NCBI RefSeq assembly: GCF_018977255.1
Contig: NW_024704743.1
Location: forward strand, 109,184,001-109,248,000
DNA length: 64,000 bases
Direction: 5' to 3'
From: Callorhinchus milii
Lineage: Eukaryota
Below the pieces are notes generated by a model, which was not told where the DNA came from, ran no database searches, and saw nothing but the letters and a program-made list of their open reading frames with translations. Shown in pieces: positions 36,176-49,445 of this stretch (its first letter is position 1; each line of letters opens with the position of its first letter). Both the position numbers and the translations under genes were made by a program.

Positions 36176-39100
36176 CAAGAACGGCAGCCAATTAGCAAAG
36201 GACAGGACCACCACCAACCGTGAGGTGAATGACCATGTTATGTGTTGGATTATTAATCATAAAACCAGGAGAAACTCCCTGATCTTTTCAGGTAGTATCA
36301 TGGGATAGTTCATGTTCATCTGAGGACAGGCAGACATGGGACCTCAGTGTGCTGTTAATCTGAAGGACAGTACCTCTGACAATGCAGCACTCCTCCAACA
36401 ATGTAATGCAGTGCCTAGATTGTGTGTTTGAAGTACTAACATGGAGCTGGAACCCACAACCTGCTGAAAGAGAGTTGAGAGTCTTACCTATTGAGCCAAG
36501 CGAGCCACTGTATAATATGATAGCTGTGTTTTTCTCCCTTAAATTTGGTATTTGGTACTGTAAATAATAATAGTAATCCTTGCGTTTGATATAGTGCCTT
36601 ATCACGTCTTCGAGACGTCGCAATAGTGATTCACAGAATGTACTGTAAAGTGAATTGACTTGTATATTTTGTGGGTGAAACGCAGCAGCCAATTGCAAAC
36701 AGCAATGTCCCACAAACAGTTGTGGATTGAGTGAACAATTTTTTATTATTTAATTTTTTTGAAGGAATTATTACCCCCAGAAAAGCAATCCAACAATTGA
36801 CTAACTACCGGTTTCCTACTTACTGCTAGGTAAACAGAGGCGTGTGGACTAAGGAAACTTGCCCAATGTTTCGCCCTGACGGAAATCAAACCTAGGTCTC
36901 TCATTTGCACGTCGAATGCTCTAACCACTAAGTTGCATTTTTGTGGACAAACGAGGCAAACATTTGGAAAAGCTGATTCAATGGGTAAGTGAGGTGGCTT
37001 TTGTTTTAGTTTCCTGGCTGCCAACTTTTATAGCCAATATGATGTCTTTATGATAAATAGGTGTGACCAATTAGAGTGACAGGATAGAGTGAGTCATACT
37101 ATGTAATTGTTGGTAACTTTTTTGGTTCTGTCAGCACAGAGAAATTATACTGTCCCATTAATGGGCAGATAATGTAAATGCTCCATCTGGATCAATTTTC
37201 GGCCTTTATTTGGGAATACCAAGGTTTGATTAAGGAAATCTATCATAAATACGTGACAAATGTAATTCCTCATTTCTTAAACAAAATGCTGACTTGGACT
37301 GAATGCGTGGCTGGTGTCCTGGAATTTAATTGGTTCCATAAACACTCGACAAGCAATTAAGTGGCAAAAGTGACAGGATAAAAGTATGAGGGAAAGAATT
37401 GTCATTGTCCAGGAATATTTACTGATCATCCTCCTACGTTAGCTGTTGCCACCTGTCACTGATGCCAATGCCATCAATACATTTGCTAGCTGTCTAATCC
37501 AATGCTCCTTGCATTAGTATAACACTTAACCCTTTTCTTCACCATCTTAATCATTTTCTTATACAATGTTTGCATTTCTTTTTTTGATCCCTACCCAGCT
37601 ATTCATGGTTGACCTTCAGAACTTCCTTCTATTGGATAAAGCTCCCCAAATGCCCACAAAAGCAATTGTATCCTATGTACTAGCTTGCACATTTTTCCAC
37701 ACTCCCAGATAGCACTTCTAGTACTAGTTACAGTACCATCACCTGAGCACTATTCACCATATATGTACAAGATCCCATGGCAACAAGAACAACAATAACA
37801 ACACTACTCAAAAAGAGAAGGGAGATGCTCCCAGTGACCAATCCGTCATTCCTCCAGATCAGTGTTTCCCATAGTCCAGTCTGTGTCAACCTTATGGTCA
37901 ATCAATCTAGCTTTGATTCTGCAGCTACATGAAGCTTTAGGCTATGCTGCACACAGTAGACCCAAAAGGGTTGAGAAACATGAGCCTGGATAATTTAGTC
38001 ATTCAGCTACAGTCAATTCACTTTACAGTGTGTTCTGTGAAGCGCTTTGGGACGTCCTCCCGACGTGAAAAGCGCTATATCAAATGCAAGGATTATTATT
38101 ATTATAGCTGCTTATCAGATCTTCCTGTGTGAAAAATGGTTATTAAGCATCAGTCTTGACAATAATTACTGTAGAGGGCTTTGAGATGGTATGACATTGT
38201 AAAGTACTATAAAAATGCAAGATGTTTCTAACTTGTTTCAAAGGCCCACCCCATCAGTCAATTAGCCTTTCCTCAGAGAACAACATACAGGGTCATCAAT
38301 CGCACCATGACTTACACATTGTATGATTCGAGTGGTTCATCTATCTGTTGTCAACCCTTCAGTTAGTCCATTTGCCTTTTCATCCTCCTTATTTGCTTTG
38401 ATTATCTTCTGCTTATTTTGGTCATCAGTTTATACAATATCTTTATTGAACTTATCCTCAACCACATGGGATTCCAGTCCTGTGTGCCTCTCCTTTCTGT
38501 TCATACAAACAGTAGCTATCTCTGCTCATGGTAAAGTGAGTTTGAGCTTTGTACAGTCTGAAATTAAGTGATTAATAGTCTCAATGGTAAAATTCCAATA
38601 AATCACTTGACCTCGATCATGCTCTCTGTGACTTCTATAAGACTCAGGTCTGCAGCTTCAGTGTAACCCATAACACCGCAAAGTGGAAGGGAGCAGGAGT
38701 TAGCAATCCTGATCATACTCAGAGCAAGCTGAAGCAGTTTGATTGCCTATGCTGTTGAGAGAGGTGACCTTAACAGTAGAAGTGATGAGTGTAAGAGTAT
38801 TCAATCACTATAATCACAAGCAAAATGGGGAAACCAATTCACTACAACCAAGTGGTAGCAGGGTATTCCACAATTCTGATTTTATTGACAACCTGACAGT
38901 AGAGCAAAGGTAACAACAATTTTCCATTTTACTTGAATTGTAGTGCACACCCCAATGTCAGTTAATGTGACAGATGTCACACCATGCTGTGCCAAGGTAA
39001 GAGTTTCACATTCAGTCCATTGGTACAACACTTATTCCATTAGACAACAGTTTGACTAATGGAATAAGTTGCTCAGTTTCAGTAATGAAAGCTGAAAGCT

Positions 39101-39802
39101 TATGTGTAACAATGATAAACTATGACTGTCAGTCTGATTAAATGTTGATAATTGTGCTGCTAGATAACAATAGTTGTAATGTGGATACACTATTTATTGA
39201 CATCAGAGTTAGGCCTTTGACAGTGATCTCTCCCGGCACTGAGACCTCTCTAGTGCTTCTCATTAGTGACCTTTATTGCAGAGGTGTTGAACTGGGCAGT
39301 TCTGCTCAGTCGCTGACCTTTTTCTTTACTTATGCCAGGCATAACATACATTCCTTAATCCAAACTTAATCACTCTTTCAGAACAACATGACATTCCCAA
39401 AATGTACTGCAGCAAAAAGGTTAGTTTGTGCACCCAGTTCAGCATCTTTACAATAAATGTCACTGTCAAAGGGGCATTGCCATCCAGTAAGGGTTCTTGC
39501 TACACCTGTCAACAGACGTTTGTGCAGCAACTTGATGGACGATGTACTTTGTTACTGATTGTGTCTGTTCCAAGAAATGCAGAAACTTTAATTCAAGAAT
39601 ATCCCTTGTTTGGTTCCTAAGTTTATTTATATTGGAGCTTATTTTAACTAAGCAACAGTGGGGACATTACAATTTGCTGCAGCGAATCAACAGATAAAAG
39701 CCCTGTGTGCTCTCAATCAATAGATAAGCAATCTGTGAAACTAAACTGCACAGATCCAGATAATCCGAGATTTGTTCCCTGGAAAGTGCAGAAGTTATCT
39801 GA

Positions 39803-40030
39803 GGCCCAAATCTTCTCATGGTCTCAGCTTCAAGACTATTGTCTTAAAATTTAAGAACTTACAGAATTTTGGAAAATTCTTAAATTCAGTCTTAATTTAG
39901 AAACTGTTTTATCCCAGTTCTTAAAAATACCCACAGAAAATAATGGCTTCCAAAATCAGACTGGGTATCAAAAGTTTTTAAAACTTTAAGACAGAGTTCT
40001 TAAGGCTAAGACCATGAGAAATTGTTGGTC
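39803..40030. mobile_element. Palindromic MITE-like element, same family as 2905-3107
   Basis: Inverted termini ttctcatggtctcagc...gtcttaaa / tttaagac...gctaagaccatgagaa. Confidence 0.7.
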
Positions 40031-42954
40031 TTTGATCTCACTCAGCTAAAGGAGGAGTTGAGCTGCAAAGGATTTATTTACCCTTTTTTTTGGTTCCGTC
40101 CTTGATTCAAATAAGCTGATCAAACATGCCAAGAGACTCTGAGTTTATTCTGTAAAAGTTTGAGGTAACTAGAACAATTTTAACTTATAAACTGCATTCA
40201 ATCTCAGTGTGAAACTTAAATTCTATATTTGAAATTGTAATTAGTCACTTATAAGCACACACAGATGGAAATGTGAACCTTACCCCATGGAGAGCTTAGC
40301 CCAAATGCACCATCTCACATGCACCTTGGAGAACACTAAGCAGAATAACTGTAGTCATTTTAATCTCCTGGTTAAACTGTATAAGTTTTATGCAAATGCA
40401 GTTATTGCCACTGTCAAATGCTAAACATGCCATTTGTCTGCTTGCTCCTGAGAATTCAATAAGTGACGCAAATAATTTTGGCTTCAGGGCATCTAAATTA
40501 GAAAGAAAGATTTGCTGGGGATAGGAAGGCAGTTTGCCCTGACTGCTTTGAAGCTCCATTAAGATCTCATGGATCTATCGCTTATCGAGGTGGGTAAATT
40601 TTTAATGGAATTGAAAAGTAAACTCAGAAGCAGTACTTTTGGATGCACCAAGACATCAGAACAAGAGGTCACAGGTTTAGTGTTGTAAAGGGCAATTTTA
40701 GCGAACACTTTACACTGCCTTTCTGAACTATTCAAGGATACTGGCCTTATTCAATCTGAGGTATTATACAATACAATTTACATTTATATTGCGCCTTTCA
40801 TGTCCCAAAGTGCATTCACAATGTTGAATGGGGTGGGAGCTGAGGGGTTGGGGAGGGGAAAGATGACAAAAAAGCGCAGTCAAAGAGGAGTGTTTTGAGA
40901 TGGCCTTGAAAGAGGAAAGGCAGGGGAAGAGTCGGTAGGGCTCTGAGAAGGAGTTCCATAGTGTGAAGACAGAATAGCTGAAAGCCTGCCCTCCTCTGGT
41001 AGGTAAACCCAGACAGTTTTCCACACTCACAATAGTCTACCATTGGGAAAGCAATGAAATGTGTTCAGCTTTATGTTCAACAACTAACAATCCTTTAATA
41101 GGTTAAACAAGTTGTTCTTAGCTTTAGTTGAAACTGGAATAAATATGGTATAATATCATCTGCATCAAATTGTTTTATTATCCTGGGTGAAGTACTTCAA
41201 TAAAACATCATGTTTCAAATCTAAGGCTTCCAGGCACTTTGAAAGCTTCTGTTGCAATGCCAGTTTCTTCATTAAAATACAGTCTGGTCGTTTTTCACTC
41301 CTTTTAACTATACGTCCTTGATCGACAAGCTGAGCCTTCAAAGTTAATGCTATTTTTGGGCAGAATTTAATGACGTCCTGTTAGCAACCGTAATCCTGTT
41401 GAGGCACTCAGTCGTGATGCAGTGATCAGTTTTGACAACAGGGTAGTCAATCAGAATGCCTGTCCAACAACAAGAAGTTAACAGTTCTTGAGTATTGTAA
41501 TGGTGCAATTTATCCCTAAGAAATGCACTGAGACATTGATAAAGGTGTGAAGGGCAGTATTTTGATATTGAATGGTACAATGCTGAATTTGAAGAATACA
41601 ATTTTCCCATCAGCTACTGGAAGTGCTGGTGGAGTCAGTCTAAGAGTAAGACGAACATCAAGAGCTTCTCTTCACCCACCTCAGTCCACTCGACATGCAA
41701 AGCAGGCACCAAGCACACAAATGCTTCAAAGTCTGTATGACAAGGCGGGTGGGGGCACTGACAACGTTTGAAAATGTGGGAAACATTCACAAAATGTTGT
41801 TTGAAGCAAGAAGCACCAATAATTCTGAGCCTGGCTGAGTTGGTAGCACTCTCTCCTTTAAGTCAGAAAGTTGTGGGTTCAAACCCTATGTTCAAACTCA
41901 CATTCCAATGCAGTGCTGGCTAGGTGCATTGTCAGAGTTGCCGAACGTCAGATGATACCTTAAGCTGAGGTCATATCTCCCTGTCCAGGTGGATGTTAAA
42001 GATCCTATGCAACCACTCAAAATGAGAAGGGGGTTCTCCTGGGGTCATGGCAACAATCCCCCAAATAAAATTAGTCATTTGTTTCATGGCTGTTTGTGGG
42101 GCATTGCTGTGCACAATTCAGCTGCTGCATCCACCTACAAATACACAGTCACTCCACTTCACAGTAAATCCATGAAGTGCTTTGGGACGTCCATCCAACT
42201 TGAAAGGCGCTGTACCAAATGCAAGTATTATTATAATAATGTGAAGATGAACATTCTGATTTTTAAAACTTCTACTTTTATTTGAGGCCAAGGAATGATG
42301 CTCAAAACTAAACAAAGGAAAACAATCCACTGTCTGGCACAATCCATGACTGCACCAATAATTATTGATTAATATTATCTAAATTGGCACTCACATTCCA
42401 CATTACTGAGACAGAGATACTGAGCATCAACGCGTCGAAGGTGAGTCATCTACTGAGTGATTGCCAACAAGTGTAATTACACCAATCTTTTTAATAAGGA
42501 CAGAGGTGATGCTAAACATTTTATTCAGTTTGAAAGCTATTATCACACTTATAAATAATCCATTTGGTACCTTATCATGTAAGGAGGATAGCTCAAAGCA
42601 CTTCACACAATTTACTGAAAGTGTAATGATTGTGTATTTGTAGGCGAACACGACAGCTGATTTGCGCACAGCAATGTCCCACAAAAAGTTATGACGTGAA
42701 CGACCAATTTTATCTGGGGGAATGTTCGCCAGAACACTGGAAGAAACTTCCTTCTCTTTTCAAATACTGCTATGCGATCTTCAACTTCCACCTGGACAGG
42801 CAGATGGGACCTTTATAATCTTTATAATTTGAACCCAAAACAAATTTATAATTCTTACTAAACAATGAAGCGTCTTGTGCATTTAATACTTGTGCATTTA
42901 ATACTTTCTGGAATTAGGTAAGCAGGATGTATCCCTCCAGGGAGAGAATTTATA

Positions 42955-43296
42955 TAATAATAATCTTTGCATTTGATATAGCGCTTTTCATGTCTTCTCG
43001 ACGTCTCAAAGCGCTTCACAGAAAAGCGCTTCACACTTCACTTTACGCTTCACTGTAAAGTGAATTGATTGTATATTTGTAGGTGAAACACAGCAGCAAA
43101 TTGTGCGCAGCAGTGTCCCACAAACAGTCATGGATTGAAGTGACCGATTTTTATTGAGTTTTTTTCTTGAGGGATAATTATCAGGTGTTTGGAGTAAAGT
43201 AAGGAAACTTGTCCAAGGTTTCAACCTGCCGGGAATCGAACCCAGGTCGCTCACTTGTGGGGCGAGTGCTCTAACCACTGAGCTACAGGACTCCAC
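42955..43296 (-). mobile_element. Full-length SINE with small internal duplications near the tail
   Basis: Same family; aaagcgcttcaca is repeated at about 43008-43035. Confidence 0.85.
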
Positions 43297-44079
43297 AAAT
43301 TTCCATGTGTAGGTGGGATACATGGAATTCTCAGTTTGGTTTGGATACCCTTAAGCATATGATGGGTTTCCGCAAGTATCAGATACCCGACTGACCAAAA
43401 AAAAATCACTGACTCATTGCAAAATCAATATACAAATATGGTCAATAAAAAAAAGTTTATAGTAAAATCCTGTCCTGGGAAAAATAAAATCTTCTTGGCC
43501 CGTGCAAATAAACTGATGAAAGGTGGCAAGAGTCTCATTTTCTGTTGTCTGGCTATATTATCAGGTTATATAAAAAAAGGAGGTGAGAAAATTCTTTTAT
43601 ACAAAGGGTTATTACAATCTGAATGCATTGCCACAAGTGGCTATTGAAACTGAGTCAATTATATCACCTAGGGAATTAGAGGGCTACTTGAAGAAAGAAG
43701 AGATAAAACTATATGGAGAAAGAGCAGGGAAATGGAATTAGAGTAGATTGCTTCATTTGGAGATCTAGCACGGCAAAGGCACAGCGGGCCGAATGTTTCT
43801 TTCTGTGCAGAAATGTCTTTGATTTTATAATCAGAATGTAAGAGGTAGTCTCATCACTTCAGAACTGCTGTCCCACAGAGAGATTGCTTAAATCACACAA
43901 GCATGGACTGACCCAAAGCAACACTTGTCAGAACATTCGTGTTCACCCACAAAACACACAGATATACTTTAAAGTATATCCTATGAAGAGTTTTGAGACG
44001 CCTCCTGACGTGAAAGGCAGATATAATGATTATTATTACTTTAAGGGAGAGAAAATCCTAAGGTTGCTCATTTCAATTA

Positions 44080-44535
44080 TTTTCATTGAAATCTCCACCT
44101 CCCGGACCTTCACCCACACTAAACTCCATGCACTCATTACCCCAATCCTTGCCAGGCTCCATGGCTCCCCATCGCCGAAAGGATTGACATTGACATCTTC
44201 ACCCTCACCTACAAATCCCTTCATGCCCAAGCACCTCCCTATGTATCTGACTTGCACGTACTACACTCCTCTGTACGCCTCCTTCGATCAGCTAATATAG
44301 GCCTGTTGCACGTTCCCAAACCCCTTCATGCCATGTCTTCAGTCACTACGCCTCTAAACTCTGGAACTCCCTGCCTCTATCTCTCTACCTCGCCCCTTCT
44401 TTATCTATCTTTAAATCCCATCTCAAGACTAGTCATCTCTACCTTCCCCTTCTCTCTTACTCGGCATCCAACCCCGCCACTGTGCAGCACTTTGAGAAAC
44501 TATTCCGGGTGAAGGGCACAACAGAAATGTGGTTG
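44080..44535 (+). mobile_element. Old L2 3' fragment
   Basis: ITPILARLH...; LWNSLP-type motif; 3' tail. Confidence 0.7.
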
Positions 44536-47500
44536 TCAATGGCCACGTTGCACAGTGGAAACAGGGCAGAAGTTTGGTGGAATTATGCTGAAGACAATTT
44601 CTTTTTTTCCTCAATATTTCTCCTCCTGCAAAATTTGCAGAGAATTTATGTTTGGTTTCAAATTGTAGAACTCCCAAACATCATTCAGCAATATGGTTAT
44701 AAAATGTGTTTTGACTTAACGTCAACACCTGAATAATAGTTATGTGTGAAAAGGGATCTTTTTTCGAGGGCAAAACAACCTTTCTGATTCTTTTTCAGGA
44801 GATCTGAGTTAGGGCAGCAACCTATTAATCAGGTCCTTGAGCTTCACAGTCTAGACTGACACTCCAGTGCAGTGCAAATACCAAGGGATTTAATCCGAGT
44901 AAGAAACCATGTTGTCTAATGCATTCAGGAGCAGTGGAGGACATTGTTATTATTAAGACAAAGATGAGTGAGTCACGCTCAGCTTCATAAAAGAAGTTTT
45001 GACAAGGGAATCTTGCTTTTAAGTAGAAGTATTTTTAATAGTTTTAATCTTTAGTAACCTTTAAAGATAACTGTAGATGTGTCTGTCTGTTCAGGGGGAT
45101 GTCAAAGATTACATGGCACAATTTGAAAAGACAAGGGACTTTCTCCCAGTGTCCTGGCCAACAATTCCCTAATAAAATGTAGCCAATAACTTCATGATTG
45201 TTTGTTGGACATTGCTGTGCACAAATTAACTGCCACATTCACCTACAAAATACCCAATCATACTTTACCGCATATCCTGTGAAATGCTTTGAGATGTCCT
45301 CTTAACATGAAATGGAGCAACAGCAACAACAACAAAATTACATTTGTATAGCGCCTTTCACTTCAGGAGGGTGGAGGACAGGGGGAAAAGGAGGTTGATC
45401 GAAAGCACAGTCGAAGAGATATCAAATGCGAGGATTATTATTAAAGCATAAGGTCTTTTAAACATTCCAATTGATGAGTAAATGGGCTATGTAGCCCACT
45501 TTGTATTTTAGATGCCAATTGTTACTGAAATGTAACATTGCAAAACTCTCATCTTTTTTAATCTAACTCAGTGATTCATAGTCTTTAAAAAGTGCACAAG
45601 AAAATAATTTTCTGGGTGAAATTCTTCTGGGTTTACCATTAGAGCCCTCGCAGACATCAACCATTATTGTAAGAGCAAAACAGCTCCCAAAGACATGACT
45701 TTCAGCTCAATCATGCTTATCCACATTGTTCATCCCACAGGTGGTGTTTCACGTTGCAAGCTCTTTGAATAACAATATCAATTTTCTTTTCCACTCATTA
45801 CAATTTGGGTAGGTTGCTAGCAGTCAATTTTAACACTGGGGAAAACATTCTACTTGATGTCACTGTATTACAAAGAGATTTTTGTGAGATTCAGATCAGC
45901 GATCAAGGTCCTAACGCCATGGTTACCTACATAAAATAAAATATCCCATTATCCTCAAAGGTTGAAGCAGTTGATTTTAAAATAAAGAGATCTGTGACAT
46001 TTTACATTTACTCTTTTTCTTGAACCTATTATGTGTGTCCTGCTGAAATAGTTCACCTAACAAAGCGGTCTCTATACTTTGCAGTATATCCAGTGAATCA
46101 TAGTGACTGTGGAAAGCACCACCACTATACCAGATGTAAAGATTAGTATTATTATCGGAATAAACTGAAAACAAATTGATATGTTGTTCACAGTGCATCT
46201 GTGTTTCATGTTTTAGCATCAAATAATTAGCTGGGGGTTGAATAAATTACACCTAATGTAAAGGCTAAGAGAGGTCTGAATCTGTCACTTATGCCTTTGG
46301 CAATGTTTGATGTGTTTTTTCTCCAGTTTCTTTTCCTCATCATTGTTCTCCCCTGGCGTGTGGACTTCCATGAATGCCGACAACCCTCCAGAACTACTTC
46401 TATCAAGTATTCACTTTATATCCAGGCTTACATGTCAATATATATGATATGTAAGCCTGGTCAATGAGCATCAGAATACTTGAGTGGGGAGGGGGAGGGT
46501 GGGGGCTGTGCTCAATCCTATCCAGCTGATTTACATGTGCTTGCACATTCCACCAGGGATCACCAAGTAATCAGAAGCAGAGATCAGGGCTGATTTTCCA
46601 CTCCCAATCCTGAGGATATGAAGGCAACTGCAATGTGCCTGTCTATGCTAATCTTGAGATCAGTTGACTCAGCACAGAGCAGTGTTTGAACTGAAGAACG
46701 TGCGACCTGTGTGGCTCAGTGCCACAATGTACAATGCATACAGAAATTTCCCCCTGAACTCATTGACACTGCCTGCTTCAGTTTATCCCATAAATCTGTT
46801 TCTCTCTTATAAAAAGAAGGAAATTTATGTCTGGCTTCCTTTCTTATTCCTAATTTCTGAGTTTCTTTCTCTGCTGTTTCTGATATTTGAATCATTAGCA
46901 CCCAACAACAACAAATTACATTTACATTTGCATAGCACCTTTCATGTTGGGTGGACATCACACACAAACAACAACAAGATTACATTTATAGAGCGCCTTT
47001 CACGTCGGGAGGACGTCCCAAGGCGCTGGACAGTTGGGTCGGGACCCGAGCAGGGGGGAAATGGTCAGGGTGAGGAGGGGGTAGAGAGTCGAGAAGGGAG
47101 GTGAAGGCACGGTTGAAGAGAAAAACACACACGTACAAGCAGTGAAGAATTTGCCTTGATTAATGTTGACACTTAATATTCTGGGAGTAAGGGTCAGAAT
47201 AAAATCTCTTTTGCAAAAAGAATGCGCTTGGCTTCCATTAACCGTTCCTCATAGGTTGAATGTCTGATACTGAGAATTGTTACTGGGTTCTTGGAATTTG
47301 CATTGATTAGGAGACATCACAAAAAGATTGCTATTTTTAAGGATCAGAATATCAGTGACCCGTTTGTGTCAAGGTACAAACAGCATGCACTCAAAGAGAT
47401 ATTACATCTCCTGTAGCATAAATGGTTTTGAAACCTTTCAAATTTATCTGACATTTTATTATGCATGTTTTTAATGCATAACTTGCATTTATATAGTGGC

Positions 47501-48744
47501 CTTCACATGTGTTTGGAGCACTGAATGCATTTGTAGCAGTGATGGGGTGCTTCTGTGTAAGATAATGCTAACATGATATACAATTTTTTTGACCCGAAAA
47601 CCAAAAGGCTCTACATAAATACCAGTTATTATTATTTACTTTTTACATTTTGTATCAAATCGGCTGGTTTCCAAGCACTTTTCAGTAACTACTATCTAGT
47701 AGTGACTGTTTATAAGCAAACACAGCAATAGTTTTGCACACAGCAAGATTCCACAAACAAGTATGGGGCAAATGATTAACTATCTTAGCTAGCCATATCC
47801 ATAACACCTAGAGTGCAGTAAGCAGAAGCCTGTAAATTGCTAATGTATCAACTGAATCCTCATTTGATGCGAGAGAGGTCACCGAACCTTAACAGTAACA
47901 ATCTTCAGAAACAAAAAATATTCCAGATTATAGATTACTAATATTGTAGCAACAAGTTTGAATAAACACTTATGACAGAATCTGTCAGCAGTTCGTTTAG
48001 ATAGATGTAATTTGCCTTGGGATATCTCGCAGGGAGAACACAATGAGGCAGTTGAGGTTCTGGCTGGTTGGAAGACAGCAGGGGATGATTGTTTGGAGTG
48101 TAGAAAGTTAAAATTCTGTAAATCCATTAACGCTATTGGAGTTCAATAAGTTTACTTATTAAATACTTTTGACAGCTAATTACTGGAGGAGGCAGCTGAG
48201 TGGCGGAAGGATGTTGCTACAGTTTAGGAAAAAGGATTTGCCTAATTTATGACAAAGCAGCTATCTGAGATGTGCTATTAATTTTTTAGCTGCTGGAAAG
48301 GTTAAAGGAAAAAGCAGTGACTTTTTTTTGTAGGACAAAAATCAGCTGTCAGTAGAAAAATCAATAAATAAAAAAACAAATTGCAGCCAATTAAAGCAAA
48401 ATCCAGACAGTTCCCATGGCTCATAAAACCACGTGAGCTTTATATTGATCAGATGCCTAGGTGCCTAACCCTTCCTTTTAAATGACTGTATTTTATTCAC
48501 TGGTGCAAATCTGAAGTAATTATAATAGCTAATTACAGTACTTCCAATAAAAGCTTAGATCTTTGACACTAATAGAATTAAACATTTTAATGGTTCAGTG
48601 TGAGAAATACCATATCATACTTTTTAGGAATAACAAAAACATACATTTACACAGTGGCCTTCATGTAAGGCAAGGTCTCGGAGCATTTTAGAGGGATAGA
48701 GGTGGACATCAAGCAAGGGAGAGGGGGGGAAGGAAAGTGGGCAT

Positions 48745-49445
48745 AGGTACAGAGGGACTTGGGTGTCTTTGTACACCATCACAGAAAGTTAGTCTGCAGG
48801 TGCAGCAAACAATTAGGAAGGCGAACGGTATGTTAGCATTCATTATGAAAGGATTAGAGTATAAGCGTAGGGAAGTCTTGCTGCAACTGTACAGGGCCCT
48901 GGTGAGACCACACCTGGAATACTGTGTCCAGTTTTGGTCTCCTCATTTAAGGAAGGATGTACTTGCCTTGGAGGGGGTGCAGCGTAGATTTACTAGGTTA
49001 GTACCAGTGATGAAGGGGTTGAGTTATGAAGATAGGCTGACCAATTTGGGCCTATATTCTCTAGAATATGGAAGAATTAGAGGGGATCTTATAGAAACCT
49101 ATAAGATCATCAAAGGGCATGATAGAGTAGATCGTGGGAGATTGTTTTCCCTTAAAATCAGAAGCCAGCCCTTTCACAGTGAGTTGAGGAAGAACTTCTT
49201 CACTCAAAGGGTGGTGAATGTATGGAACTGACTACCCCAAAGGGCTGTTGACGCTCAGTCCTTGAACATATTCAAGACTCAGATAGATAGATTTCTTATT
49301 GCAAAGGGGATTAAGGGATATGGGGATAAGGCAGGGTCAGGTTATTAGCTGGAGTTAGATTAGAAGATCAGCCATAATTGAATGGCGGGGCAGGGTCGAA
49401 GGGCCGAATGGCCTACTCCTGCTCCTACATGTTATGTTATGTTAC
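48745..49445 (+). mobile_element. CR1 LINE 3' portion
   Basis: ORF 48737-49231 LLQLYRALVRPHLEYCVQFWSPHLRKDVLALEGVQRRFTRLV...FFTQRVVNVWN; (gttat)n tail. Confidence 0.92.

Noticed and set aside
41350..41771. Overlapping ORFs in unique sequence (likewise 47879-48127, 60324-60634, 61824-62669)
   Set aside because: No recognisable motifs and no consistent splice-site and phase pairs; cannot be supported without transcript or homology data
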